A DNA stretch of 64,000 bases from Candidatus Bathyarchaeota archaeon. Lineage in GTDB: Archaea > Thermoproteota > Bathyarchaeia > Bathyarchaeales > Bathycorpusculaceae. Position numbers and translations under genes: made by a program. Where the stretch lies: positions 384,001-448,000 of the forward strand of contig CAWDYC010000003.1 in NCBI GenBank assembly GCA_963806535.1. The letters run 5' to 3'. The notes under the pieces are model-generated. The model saw only the letters and a program-made list of their open reading frames with translations, was not told the DNA's origin and searched no databases. This document shows, in pieces, positions 28,615 through 38,629 of this stretch (within the stretch, counting starts at the first letter, position 1; every line of letters starts with the position of its first letter).

Positions 28615-28836
28615 ATGACCGATTTAGAAATAGCTGTAGCGCCCATGCACAGATTATGTAAAAAAGCTGGCGCTGACAGAGTAAGTGAAGCAGCAGCAAA
28701 AGAACTTGCAAAGGCACTTGAAGACATAGGCGTTAAAATTGCTAAAGAAGCACTTGATTACGCGATGCATGCAGGGAGAAAAACCATCAAATCCGAAGAC
28801 ATAGAAATAGCTGCAAGAAAAGTCATGGGAAAATAG
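28615..28836 (+). CDS. Archaeal histone
   Basis: APMHRL, GADRVS, HAGRKTIKSEDI. Confidence 0.95.
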   Translation: MTDLEIAVAPMHRLCKKAGADRVSEAAAKELAKALEDIGVKIAKEALDYAMHAGRKTIKSEDIEIAARKVMGK

Positions 28837-28978
28837 TAACTTCATAACTCAAATTATTTCCTTCCTTTCTTTTTTGTTAGATTTCTCGCCCATTTTTGAA
28901 TAGCGTAAGCTTTGTCTCTAAAATCCCAACTGAATACTTTGCTTACCTTCTACAAAGATGTGTAGCAAATGACTTATG

Positions 28979-29731
28979 CTAAGCAGACGACGAAGAATCC
29001 CATAGGAACTGGAAGTACTCCCGTGCAAACCCAACTAGACCCACATGGTTACTCCATATAACCAAAGTTGGTTTGTCTTCTCCTAGGAAAAGCATGGCTT
29101 CTTTGCCGTCAGCGATTATGCCGCCGCCGAACATGTGGTCGCGAATTCGCAGATCATTTGATCCAGAATATTTTTTGATGAAAAGCCAATCTTCTTTTTT
29201 TCCAGCAGCCATCAGTTTCACGCTAACACTCTTTTTCAAGCCGCTTCCCAACATAGGTTCAGCCAACGATATTACGGGTTTCGCAAATTCAGGGGCAGCT
29301 ATCACTATTTCTTTTGTTGCTTTTTTGAGGACCTCTTCAATTTTGCTCAATACGGCTTGTTGACCCCGTAAAATAAGCATGTCCGGTCGTTCCACAAGTT
29401 CGCGTTTTTCATATAGAGGTTGCAGTGTTTGGGTTACAGTGTTTTCCCAGACCAAGTATTTGTCTTCCAGCCTTAGCTTCGTTGATCTTGTCGCCTCAAG
29501 TGGAGGCACAGGATAATACTTGAATGGACGCGTTTCGCTGCTTTTTATCCATCCCTTCTCTTTTAGCGAGTTGAGGACCTCATACATTTTACTGTAGGGA
29601 ACTTTTGCTTCTTGACTAATATCCATAGCTGTCATTTGACCAACTTCAAGGAGCGTAATATAAGCGTCAATTTCGTAAGCGTTTAAGCCCATTTCTCGCA
29701 GAGCATTTCGAGTGTCTTCGTTAATTGCCAT
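28979..29731 (-). CDS. TrmB family transcriptional regulator
   Basis: GLNAYEIDAY, VPYSKMYEVLNSLKEKGWI, IIADGKE. Confidence 0.9.
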   Translation of the reverse strand: MAINEDTRNALREMGLNAYEIDAYITLLEVGQMTAMDISQEAKVPYSKMYEVLNSLKEKGWIKSSETRPFKYYPVPPLEATRSTKLRLEDKYLVWENTVTQTLQPLYEKRELVERPDMLILRGQQAVLSKIEEVLKKATKEIVIAAPEFAKPVISLAEPMLGSGLKKSVSVKLMAAGKKEDWLFIKKYSGSNDLRIRDHMFGGGIIADGKEAMLFLGEDKPTLVIWSNHVGLVGFAREYFQFLWDSSSSA

Positions 29732-29814
29732 CGTTTACCCCTCAATCACCGTAGGAAACGTTTGGAAACCTTATTACATCACATATGCTCTTAAGCCCTT
29801 CGAAAATCGCTTAG

Positions 29815-31323
29815 ATGTTAGAAGGCAAAAAAATGAAAGATATCAAACTCACAAGAAGCATATGTCCTGAATGCCTGAAAGCTATAGATGCAACAATTTA
29901 CGAAGACGACGGCAAAGTCTTCATTAAAAAAGAGTGCCCTGAACATGGACCTTTCCAAGAACTTTACTGGTCAGACTATGACCAATACATACGCGCAGAA
30001 AAATTCCGCTTCGACGGCGACGGAATGGAAAACCCCCGAACTGAAAAAAAGAACGGATGCCCATACGACTGCGGCATATGCCCAGAACACAAATCGCATA
30101 CCGCACTTGCAATAATTGATGTCACAAATAGATGCAACCTTACGTGCCCAGTTTGTTTTGCTAACGCAGCTGCCGCAGGATACGTTTACGAGCCTACAAA
30201 AGAGCAAATAGTAGGCATGTTAGAAAACCTTCGTGCAAACAAGCCCGTTGCAGCTACAGCGCTCCAATTTTCTGGCGGAGAACCAACCATTCGTAAAGAC
30301 CTATTCGACTTCGTTCGAAAAGCAAAAGAACTTGGTTTCAGCCACGTAGAGGTTAATACGAATGGGCTTCGACTTGCTCAAAGCGTAGAATACTGCAAAC
30401 AACTCAAAGAAGCCGGCGTGAGCACCATCTATTTACAATTTGATGGCTTAACCTCAGACGTTTTCAAATTTATTCGAGGCGTAGACCTTCTTGATATTAA
30501 AATGAAGGCACTCGAAAACCTTCGAGCCGCAGGATGGAACAGCATTGTCCTCGTCGTCACACTTGTAAAGGGAGTAAATGATCACCAACTTGGCGACATA
30601 ATTAATTTTGCAGCCAAAAACTTCGATCTAATCAGATGCATCAATGTTCAACCAGTCAGTCTCTGTGGCAGATTGCCACCGAAAGACCGCGAAAAAATGC
30701 GCATCACAATACCTGATTTCATGAAAAAAGTAGAAGAACAAACAAATGGAACAATAAAAATGTCTGATTTCTACCCTGTACCTACAGTCGTACCAGTTTC
30801 AAAAGCTGTCGGCGCACTAAAAGACAGACGATACTTAGAATTCACTGCCCATCCACACTGCGGTATGGCAACTTATCTTCTCATTGAAAACGGTAAAATC
30901 GTTCCAATCACACGTTACGGAAATATAGAAAAATTCATCAACGTAATGAACAAAGTATATGAAACTGCTTCAAAAGGAAACAAAACTAAAGCGAAACTGC
31001 AACTTGTCAGTTCAATGCGCCATGTTAACTTCGGCTTTCTGAGAAAATACGTTCTCGGAGTAGTTACAAAAGGCGACTACCATTCCCTTGGCGAACTGCA
31101 AAGAAAAGCAATTCTTCTTTCATCTATGCATTTCATGGATCCGTATAACTTCGACCTTGAAAGAGTACAACGATGCTTAATCCACTATGCGGTGCCGGAT
31201 GGACGAATAATTCCATTCTGCACTATGAACTCCATCCACAGAGCTGAAGTTGAAAAGAAACTTGGTGTTCCAATCAAAGAATGGAAGGCCCAACATAAAG
31301 TTGAAATAAGCCAACCATTCTAG
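29815..31323 (+). CDS. tes: Tetraether lipid synthase (radical SAM, MJ0619 family)
   Basis: SICPEC, CPEHG, CPYDCGICPEH, CNLTCPVC, QFSGGEPT, HFMDPYNFD, GRIIPFC. Confidence 0.88.
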   Translation: MLEGKKMKDIKLTRSICPECLKAIDATIYEDDGKVFIKKECPEHGPFQELYWSDYDQYIRAEKFRFDGDGMENPRTEKKNGCPYDCGICPEHKSHTALAIIDVTNRCNLTCPVCFANAAAAGYVYEPTKEQIVGMLENLRANKPVAATALQFSGGEPTIRKDLFDFVRKAKELGFSHVEVNTNGLRLAQSVEYCKQLKEAGVSTIYLQFDGLTSDVFKFIRGVDLLDIKMKALENLRAAGWNSIVLVVTLVKGVNDHQLGDIINFAAKNFDLIRCINVQPVSLCGRLPPKDREKMRITIPDFMKKVEEQTNGTIKMSDFYPVPTVVPVSKAVGALKDRRYLEFTAHPHCGMATYLLIENGKIVPITRYGNIEKFINVMNKVYETASKGNKTKAKLQLVSSMRHVNFGFLRKYVLGVVTKGDYHSLGELQRKAILLSSMHFMDPYNFDLERVQRCLIHYAVPDGRIIPFCTMNSIHRAEVEKKLGVPIKEWKAQHKVEISQPF

Positions 31324-31357
31324 ATGTTGAGAATAAAAGATTAGCAAAGTGAAATTT

Positions 31358-31690
31358 ATGGGTGGAAAAAAGAAGCTCGGCATAAAGCAGATGGAAAAGC
31401 AGCAGGTCAGTCAAGACGAAGAAAAAGCTAAGCAAGACAAAAAGAAAGAGAAAGCTGGACCGCCAAAAGAAAGAAAGACTGTCGGAATCATGGCTCCAGA
31501 CGCAAAGGACGCCAAAATTGTCGCAGAAGTCAAAAAAATGGGTGTTCTAACGCCTTATGCTGTTTCAACAAGATATGGTGTACGAATAAGCGCAGCCAAA
31601 GACTTCCTTGAACAATTGGAAGCTGAAGGTGCAGTTCAGCTTGTTTCCGGAAGCCACAACATAAAAATCTACAAGGCTAAAGCAAGCTAA
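31358..31690 (+). CDS. rps25e: 30S ribosomal protein S25e
   Basis: MGGKKK, LTPYAVS, ISAAKDFL. Confidence 0.88.
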   Translation: MGGKKKLGIKQMEKQQVSQDEEKAKQDKKKEKAGPPKERKTVGIMAPDAKDAKIVAEVKKMGVLTPYAVSTRYGVRISAAKDFLEQLEAEGAVQLVSGSHNIKIYKAKAS

Positions 31691-31748
31691 TTTGCTCAAG
31701 CTTAATTCCTTATTTTAAAAAGTTAGTTATATCGAGGTCTTGTTTTAA

Positions 31749-32231
31749 TTGAAAGAGTTTCCCGAAAGAGTTTACACTGCTGAAGAGGTAAATACGGCAA
31801 AAGAACTAGTTGACGGAGGCTATAAGCACAAACTCACCGTTGAGGGGGCATCGGATTTTATAGAAAAAGTGAACCGCGCCCTTGAACTAATCAAAACCGC
31901 AGAATTCTCAGACTTTTTGCAGTCACACATAAGAAAAATATTAGAAATCGATGGAATAACACAATTGCGTGAAACAGAAGCATCCATCTGGGCAAACAAG
32001 TTCGCCGTGGAAAACCCTGTTGACGCAGCTAGCCTTTTCATACAAAAAGCTTACCACATGAAAGAATACTTAGAAGGCGAACTCTATTATGGTGGCAAAG
32101 CAGAAAAACGTTCAGTTGCAAAGCGCATCGAGTTTTTGCAAGTCCTCAGGGATAAAAGCGAAGACAAAAATGTAAAAGCAGAATGCGAACGGCTATTACA
32201 AATGTGGAAAGAGAGCTCATTAGCCTTTTAA
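31749..32231 (+). CDS. Hypothetical protein
   Basis: 160-aa ORF with typical composition and no overlap conflict. Confidence 0.7.
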   Translation: MKEFPERVYTAEEVNTAKELVDGGYKHKLTVEGASDFIEKVNRALELIKTAEFSDFLQSHIRKILEIDGITQLRETEASIWANKFAVENPVDAASLFIQKAYHMKEYLEGELYYGGKAEKRSVAKRIEFLQVLRDKSEDKNVKAECERLLQMWKESSLAF

Positions 32232-32638
32232 GCCGTTAAAAGCTCAACTTTAATTGCGGTTCCACTTTTGATTTGTTTGAAAATTTCTAAATTATTTGTA
32301 ATTTTGCCAAGTATGCTAACTGGACTATACGGTTGTGATTTGCCATAGAATACGCATAAAGCGCCGCCCATAGGCCAAAAAGCAATTGTGCCTGTTTCAA
32401 CGGTGGGTTTTGCTTTTTCTTCTCCCATTTTTATTGGAATTTCGAAGTAAACTTCTTCTTTCCATAATGCAGCTCTGCCTTCTACTGGAAGCTTTCGAAC
32501 GATATAGTCAATGGTCCTTGGTGCTAAAAAACGGACTAATTCACCTTCAGCTTCTCCTAAACCTTCGATGATGAACTTGACTTTTATGTGGGAAACATCT
32601 GATTGAACGTCTGGTTGAATGTCTGGTTCATTACTCAA
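32228..32638 (-). CDS. Cyclophilin-like fold protein (DUF369 type)
   Basis: APRT, WKEEVYF, IAFWPMG, CVFYG. Confidence 0.85.
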   Translation of the reverse strand: MSNEPDIQPDVQSDVSHIKVKFIIEGLGEAEGELVRFLAPRTIDYIVRKLPVEGRAALWKEEVYFEIPIKMGEEKAKPTVETGTIAFWPMGGALCVFYGKSQPYSPVSILGKITNNLEIFKQIKSGTAIKVELLTA

Positions 32639-32761
32639 TTATTCCATTCTCCTTTAAAGAAAACCCAATAAATCTCTGGGAATAGGCTATTCAATGGACG
32701 AAGATAAATTTAACTCTTACAGTCAACTATAGGCGACAACTCGGAACGTGCTTTGACACAA

Positions 32762-33898
32762 TTATTCGATAGCCATTTCCTGACTAAGTTTATAATCAAT
32801 TACAACTCTAATTCCACGAGATTTAAGATCTTTATCCAACGCCAAGTCGCCAGTATCAACTCTTAAACTTCTAAGTTTATCCAGTTTGCTTTTTGTCGCA
32901 ACTACAACAATATTTTCCAAGCCTGCTTGGCGAATAACTTTGGAGCTTATCTGTTGGTTGCCTCTGCCAAAAATGAAACCTTGCCCACCGATTGGTGTTA
33001 CAAATATTTTCGTCGCTTTTTCCTTTGTTGCTGCCAGTATCTGTTTTTCGTTTACGTCACTTGCAATTACTTTCTTGCCTAGAAAGAGGTCTACTCCAAG
33101 CAGAGTTTTTTTCTGATCTAAAAGGTCGCCAATGGTTCGAGTGGTTGTTCCAGGACCCATAACGTAAATGATGTCGGGTTTCATTTCTTCAATAATATAG
33201 ATTGCAATTGCCGCTTGATTACGCACTTCATTCTCAGTCATCGGACTCTCAAGCTTGTTGCCTTGAATTAAATGCGGCTCAAAGGGACTAAGCAAGTAAC
33301 CGTAAAGTTCAGCAGATAAGCGACCTTCTCTAAATGCCTGCTCATCTACATCCATCACCTCGGCTTCTCGCAAAGGCAAATTAGCCCAAAGAAAGTTAAT
33401 AGCGACTCTTGCGGCCGCTTGAGGGTTAACCGCGAATATAGAGCTATGCATTTTGACACCCGTTGGAACACCAAGAACAGGAACTTTCAAGTCAACGGCT
33501 TTCAATAAGTCACGGGTTGTTCCATCACCGCCGCAGAAAACAAGCAAATCAACACCTGACTTAACCATTGCTTTTGCTGTACTTTGAGTGTCTTCCGAAT
33601 TAGTTTCTTTTTTGTCATCACCTTTAATATCAAATTCGAAGCCAAGTTTTTTGGCTTCAGCTTCGCCCATATTGCCAGAGCCCACAAATAATCTAAGGCT
33701 TTTTTTGAAAGGGTACAATTCAGCTAAGAAGGTCTCTGCTCTTTGTGATGCTATGGGTTTAGCTCCGAGAGATATTGCTTTGTGCAGAATGTTTTTGCCA
33801 TCTGTGCCTTTTAACCCCACAGCGCCGCCCATCCCTGCCACTGGGTTAACGATGAATCCAATGTTTTTTGTTGGAAGAGCTTTTTCAATAGAGTCCAA
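32762..33898 (-). CDS. ATP-NAD kinase family protein
   Basis: NPVAGMGG, GGDGT, GVKMHS, GQGFIFGRGNQQ. Confidence 0.88.
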   Translation of the reverse strand: MDSIEKALPTKNIGFIVNPVAGMGGAVGLKGTDGKNILHKAISLGAKPIASQRAETFLAELYPFKKSLRLFVGSGNMGEAEAKKLGFEFDIKGDDKKETNSEDTQSTAKAMVKSGVDLLVFCGGDGTTRDLLKAVDLKVPVLGVPTGVKMHSSIFAVNPQAAARVAINFLWANLPLREAEVMDVDEQAFREGRLSAELYGYLLSPFEPHLIQGNKLESPMTENEVRNQAAIAIYIIEEMKPDIIYVMGPGTTTRTIGDLLDQKKTLLGVDLFLGKKVIASDVNEKQILAATKEKATKIFVTPIGGQGFIFGRGNQQISSKVIRQAGLENIVVVATKSKLDKLRSLRVDTGDLALDKDLKSRGIRVVIDYKLSQEMAIE

Positions 33899-33973
33899 TG
33901 AAATAGCCTAGTTTAGTATTATTGGTCGATAAATAAAAAGAAAAATAAATGAGGACAGCGAGTTTTTGTTGTT

Positions 33974-35396
33974 TTAGTATGTTTCGCAGCCTATGTATTG
34001 CTTGCTAACTTCGTTTAGCCACGGGTAGAGTTTGCGCAGTTTCGCCATGGATTCGGCGACTTTCTCTGTTGGGTACTCATATGGCTGCAGTCTGCCGTTG
34101 AAGTATTCGTCGTAGGCTGACATGTCAAAGAATCCGTGTCCTGTTAACGCAAACAGAATCGTTTTGGGTTCGTTGGTTTTTGTGCATGCTCTTGCGTCGT
34201 CGACGACGGCTTTGATGGCGTGTGCTGATTCTGGAGCTGGAATTATGCCTTCGCTGCGGATGAAGATTTTTGCAGCGTCAAACGCGTCCACTTGGTTAAC
34301 TGCTAAGGTGCTGATTTTCTTTTCTTGGGCGAGTACGCTGATGGTTGGTGCGATGCCGTGGTAGCGTAGTCCGCCTGCGTGGATGGGGGCTGGCATGAAG
34401 TCATGTCCCAACGTGTGCATGGGAACTAGCGGTGTGAGTTTAGCGGTGTCGCCGTGGTCGTAGGTGTAGTATCCCCGTGTGACTTTTGGGCATGCTGTGG
34501 GTTCAACTGCGACAAATTTGGTTTCTTTGGGTGCTTTCTTTGCAGACTTTGTCGTAGTAGAAGGGCCAGAACAAACCGCTGAAGCTGCTTCCTCCTCCGA
34601 TGCAGCCGTAAACCACATCAGGGTAGTCGTCAACCATCGCGAATTGCTTTTGGGCTTCCAGTCCAGCTACGGTTTGGTGCATGCAAACGTGGTTGAAGAC
34701 GCTGCCGATGGTGTAGTTGGCTTTTTTGCCTGTTTTCTCGCTTTCCAAACTGTCCTCGACGGCTTCGCCGATGGCTATGCCGAGGCTACCCTGGTTGTCT
34801 GGGTCTTCAGCGAGGATTTTTCTTCCCGCCTCTGTTTTGTTGCTTGGGCTGGCGACGCATTCTGCGCCGAAAGCGTTCATCATGGCTTTGCGGTAGGGCT
34901 TCTGGTCGAAGCTTGCACGTACCATGTACACGGTTGCTTGCAATCCGAAAATGCCTGCTGCAAACGACAGCGCACTGCCCCATTGGCCTGCGCCGGTTTC
35001 GGTGGTGACGCGGGTTATGCCTTCTTTCATGTTGTAGTAGGCTTGTGGGACGGCACTGTTGGTTTTGTGGCTGCCTGCGGGGCTAACGCCTTCGTATTTG
35101 TAGTAGATTTTTGCTGGAGTTTTCAAGGCTTTTTCTAAGCCGAATGCTCGGAAAAGCGGGCTTGGTCTCCAGATCTTGTAGATTTCTCGTACTTCATCTG
35201 GGATGTTTATCCAGCTTTCTTGGCTGATTTCTTGGCCGATGATTGCTTTGGGGAAAATTTTTGGGACTATGCCGACTCCTGGTTTCCCTGTTTCCGCATC
35301 TATGAAGGGTGGGAGCGGGTGTGGCAGGTCGGGCACTATGTTATACCATTGTTTGGGTATGTCTGATTCTTTTAGTAGGATTTTTTTGTCGGGCAT
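33974..35396 (-). pseudogene. trpB2: Tryptophan synthase beta chain type 2, one frameshift near 34545
   Basis: [14 protein letters not shown] and GGGS in the 5' ORF; VEPTACP, HAGGLRYHG, APESAHA and GHG in the 3' ORF. Confidence 0.9.
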
Positions 35397-35439
35397 TTTT
35401 TCGCCTTCTATTTCAGAGTTATAAATCGTTCTTTAAAGT

Positions 35440-35472
35440 TTTATTTAAGGCTTTTGTGTACACTTTTGTGCA
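35440..35472. promoter_or_regulatory. Paired TRP boxes (TGTACA-N4-TGTGCA) abutting the trpB2 BRE/TATA
   Basis: TGTACA at 35457-35462, TGTGCA at 35467-35472; the minus strand reads AAAAGCCTTAAATA directly after. Confidence 0.7.
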
Positions 35473-35552
35473 TAGCAAACAAGGAAACACCTAAACATCT
35501 AAACAACACATTTATACCCAAACGCACAAAACATAGCATAAGCGAACAGAAC

Positions 35553-36057
35553 ATGTGGAACAAAATCAAAATCCAACTCGAAGCATACCCCGAACGCCTC
35601 AAAGTCGCACGTGTCCTAATAGAAAACGGCTTATCCGCCAAAGACGACAAAATCTACCTTAACCAAATCGAAATCCCACCTGTGCGCATCGCAAGAGTCG
35701 CAGGCGTCGACCGACGAACAGTAAACGAAACCCTCTGCATCAATCCACGACAACCCCGAACTCCGCCTGATCTTCGAAGAAATCCGCCCCGCAGGACACA
35801 GCCTAAAAGAAATCGCCAAACACCTAAACTTCGGCGTTTTAGAAATAACTGTTGTGAACGCAAAATCGCCAGGAATCTTAGCCAACGCAGCCATGATTCT
35901 CAACAGGGCAGGCCTGAGCATCAGACAAGCAATCGTAGATGACCCAGAACTCTCGCCAGAACCCAAACTTACCTTAATAGTTGAGAAAAAAATCCCCGGA
36001 GAACTCATCCCAGAAATACTAAAGATCCCAGGAATTGCAAAGGTTTCAGTTTATTAA
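35553..36057 (+). pseudogene. trpY: TrpY tryptophan-responsive repressor (HTH + ACT), one frameshift near 35740
   Basis: MWNKIK...YPERLKVAR...ARVAGVDRRTV, then in the next frame NFGVLEI...PGILA...SIRQA..DPEL..PKLTLI..KVSVY; divergent from trpB2. Confidence 0.85.
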
Positions 36058-36210
36058 ACCGTGGCAATAATGAAACGAAGACAACCGCAAAAGCGGGTTA
36101 AATGATTCAAAAATCACTCGACTAGGCTTTATTAATCATTCCCTGCCTAGAAAAACTTATATTGCTAGGGACATTTTGTTGTTGTTCGCTATTAAAGGAG
36201 ATTACTTGAT

Positions 36211-37890
36211 TTGTCATCATTCCCAACACAAGCGGGCGGCATACCCATTATGGTTTTGAAAGAAGGTTCAAACAGGTCCCGTGGAAAAGAAGCCCTACAC
36301 GGAAACATCACCGCTGCTAAAGTTGTCTCGGAAAGTGTCCGAAGCTCTTTAGGACCAAAAGGCATGGATAAGATGCTTGTGGATAATTTCGGAGACGTCA
36401 CAATAACGAGCGATGGCCGAACCATTTTAGATGAAATGGATATTCAACATCCAGCAGCCAAGATGATGGTTGAAGTTGCCAAGACACAAGACAATGAAGC
36501 TGGAGACGGTACAACAACTGCAGTTATCATAGCTGGCGAACTTTTAGCCAAAGCTGAAGAATTGCTAGATAAAAATATTCATCCGACAATAATAATTGAT
36601 GGCTATCGAATAGCAGCTGAAAAAGCGCTGGAAACCCTTGAGAAAATAGCTATACCCATAGACCCTAAATCCTCAGACTATCTCAAAAAAGCAGCCACAA
36701 CCTCAATGGGAAGCAAAATCGTTGCCGAACACAAGGAATACTTAGCGGATATAGCAGTTAAGGCAATGCTTGCAGTAGCTGAAAAACAAAACGGCGGCTA
36801 TAAGGCTGACGTTGACGATGTTAAAGTTGAAAAGAAAACAGGCGAGTCTCTCAATGACACCACCCTGATAAACGGCATTGTTTTAGACAAAGAAATTGTT
36901 CACTCAGGAATGCCTAAACGAGTAGAAAGAGCAAAGATTGCTTTGATTGATGCCTCCTTAGAGATTGAGAAAACAGAGTTAGACGCTAAAATAAGCATTG
37001 AAAGCCCTGACCAAATTGAAGCATTCCTGAAAGAGGAAGAAACAATCCTGCAAGAAATGGCCAACAAAATATCAGCTTCGGGGGCAAACGTTGTTGTCTG
37101 CCAAAAAGGCATAGATGATATGGAACAGCATTTTCTTTCTAAAAAAGGAATAATCGCGATTAGAAGAGCTAAAAAATCAGACGTGGAAAAACTCGCAAAA
37201 GCCACGGGCGGAAAAATCGTAAGCAACATTGACAGTATTTCATCATCAGACCTTGGATGGGCAGCTTTAGTTGAGGAACGCAAAATCGGCGACGACAAGA
37301 TGACTTTTATTGAAGGCTGCAAGAATCCTAAAGCCGTCACCATTTTAATTAGAGCTGGAACTCAACGTATGACTGCTGAGGCAGAACGTTCACTACATGA
37401 TGCGCTCTGTGTGATAAGAGACCTAATCCAAGAACCAAAAATTGTTGCTGGAGGAAGTGCTCCAGAACTTGAAATGGCAAGTGCGCTAAGAAAATATGCC
37501 GAAACCATGTCGGGAAGAGAGCAACTTGCAGTCAGAGTATTCGCAGAAGCCCTCGAATCGATAACTGTTACGCTTGCCGAGAATGCAGGTGTAGATCCAG
37601 TTGATATACTTGTAGATTTACGTTCAAGGCATGATAAGGGAGAAAAATGGGCTGGCATTGAAGTCCTAGAAGGAAAAATTAAAGATATGTCAAAAGTAAA
37701 CATTTTTGAACCCCTTTCAGTCAAAAAACAAATAATCAAATCCGCAAACGAAGCAGCATCCATGATCCTCAAAATTGACGACATAATTTCGGCCACCAAA
37801 ATGAAAGCACCACCAATGCCTCCAGGAGGAATGGGCGGCGGCATGGGAGGAATGGGTGGCATGGGCGGATATCCGGGCATGGGAGAGTAA
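36211..37890 (+). CDS. ths: Thermosome (group II chaperonin) subunit
   Basis: [23 protein letters not shown]-rich tail. Confidence 0.97.
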   Translation: MSSFPTQAGGIPIMVLKEGSNRSRGKEALHGNITAAKVVSESVRSSLGPKGMDKMLVDNFGDVTITSDGRTILDEMDIQHPAAKMMVEVAKTQDNEAGDGTTTAVIIAGELLAKAEELLDKNIHPTIIIDGYRIAAEKALETLEKIAIPIDPKSSDYLKKAATTSMGSKIVAEHKEYLADIAVKAMLAVAEKQNGGYKADVDDVKVEKKTGESLNDTTLINGIVLDKEIVHSGMPKRVERAKIALIDASLEIEKTELDAKISIESPDQIEAFLKEEETILQEMANKISASGANVVVCQKGIDDMEQHFLSKKGIIAIRRAKKSDVEKLAKATGGKIVSNIDSISSSDLGWAALVEERKIGDDKMTFIEGCKNPKAVTILIRAGTQRMTAEAERSLHDALCVIRDLIQEPKIVAGGSAPELEMASALRKYAETMSGREQLAVRVFAEALESITVTLAENAGVDPVDILVDLRSRHDKGEKWAGIEVLEGKIKDMSKVNIFEPLSVKKQIIKSANEAASMILKIDDIISATKMKAPPMPPGGMGGGMGGMGGMGGYPGMGE

Positions 37891-37896
37891 TAAAAT

Positions 37897-38139
37897 ACGT
37901 CAGAACAAAAAATAATCGTTGGACCACCAAAAATCACTCGATTTGAGAAAGCAAGAATAGTTGGAGCTAGAGCACTTCAAATCTCAATGGGAGCACCAAT
38001 TTTGGTGGATGCAGCTGAAAATACAAACCCTATTGATATCGCTCTGAGTGAACTCGAAGCTGGGATTCTTCCGATAACTATCAGAAGAACCTTGCCGGAT
38101 GGAACTTTCCAAGATATTCCGCTTAAATGGTTAACCTAA
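37897..38139 (+). CDS. rpoK: RNA polymerase subunit K (Rpo6); not in the ORF track; apparent ACG start
   Basis: Manual translation: [33 protein letters not shown]...[24 protein letters not shown]... Confidence 0.95.
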   Translation, partial: TSEQKIIVGPPKITRFEKARIVGARALQISMGAPILVDAAENTNPIDIALSELEAGILPITIRRTLPDGTFQDIPLKWLT

Positions 38140-38629
38140 GCCTTTCTTTTCTTCTATTTTCAGCTAGTTTTTCTTTAGCTTCATTAAGCGTATTTATTAT
38201 TTGTTTCCAGTGTGCGCCTTGCCAGTAAATTTGCCCGCAATTGGGACACTTCCAGAACTGATCATAATAAGTCAAAGTGTTTTTTTCTAGTTCACTTGTA
38301 AGTTGCTCTTTGGGTGTGGCTTTTAGTTTTGTGTTGCATATTGGGCAATAGGATTTTTCCATATCCACCGCCAACGTTAAAGCATAACGCTGGGCAAGTT
38401 TTGCTAGCCGACCAGATTCTGTTTCACCCTCAACATAGAAAGCCTCTATCCCCCTAGCAATGGCTCGTTTATAGAGTTCCAAATCTTTGGTCAATAAGAC
38501 ACGGTTTTCTTTTTTTGCCTGTTCAAGAAGCTCAGAGTCACTTAACTCAGTGGAGTATGAAACGTCTTGTCCTAACATACGCAGCCAACGCGCAAACTTT
38601 CCCAGCATACTATCCGCTAGGAACTGCAC
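38123..38629 (-). CDS. Mut7-C RNase domain protein (PIN-like + Zn ribbon)
   Basis: [41 protein letters not shown]. Confidence 0.9.
   Translation of the reverse strand: MQFLADSMLGKFARWLRMLGQDVSYSTELSDSELLEQAKKENRVLLTKDLELYKRAIARGIEAFYVEGETESGRLAKLAQRYALTLAVDMEKSYCPICNTKLKATPKEQLTSELEKNTLTYYDQFWKCPNCGQIYWQGAHWKQIINTLNEAKEKLAENRRKERLRLTI

Noticed and set aside
34479-35138. 219-aa plus-strand ORF and the many similar shadow ORFs in the track
   Set aside because: Antisense to well-supported genes and without recognisable motifs.
34530-35750. Programmed frameshifting in trpB2 or trpY
   Set aside because: No clear slippery heptamer or stimulatory structure at either break.
37810-37887. GGM-coding repeat
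   Set aside because: Ordinary chaperonin C-terminal tail.
36211-38139. Thermosome-RpoK readthrough fusion (same frame)
   Set aside because: Two consecutive TAA codons separate the genes and a Shine-Dalgarno precedes rpoK.
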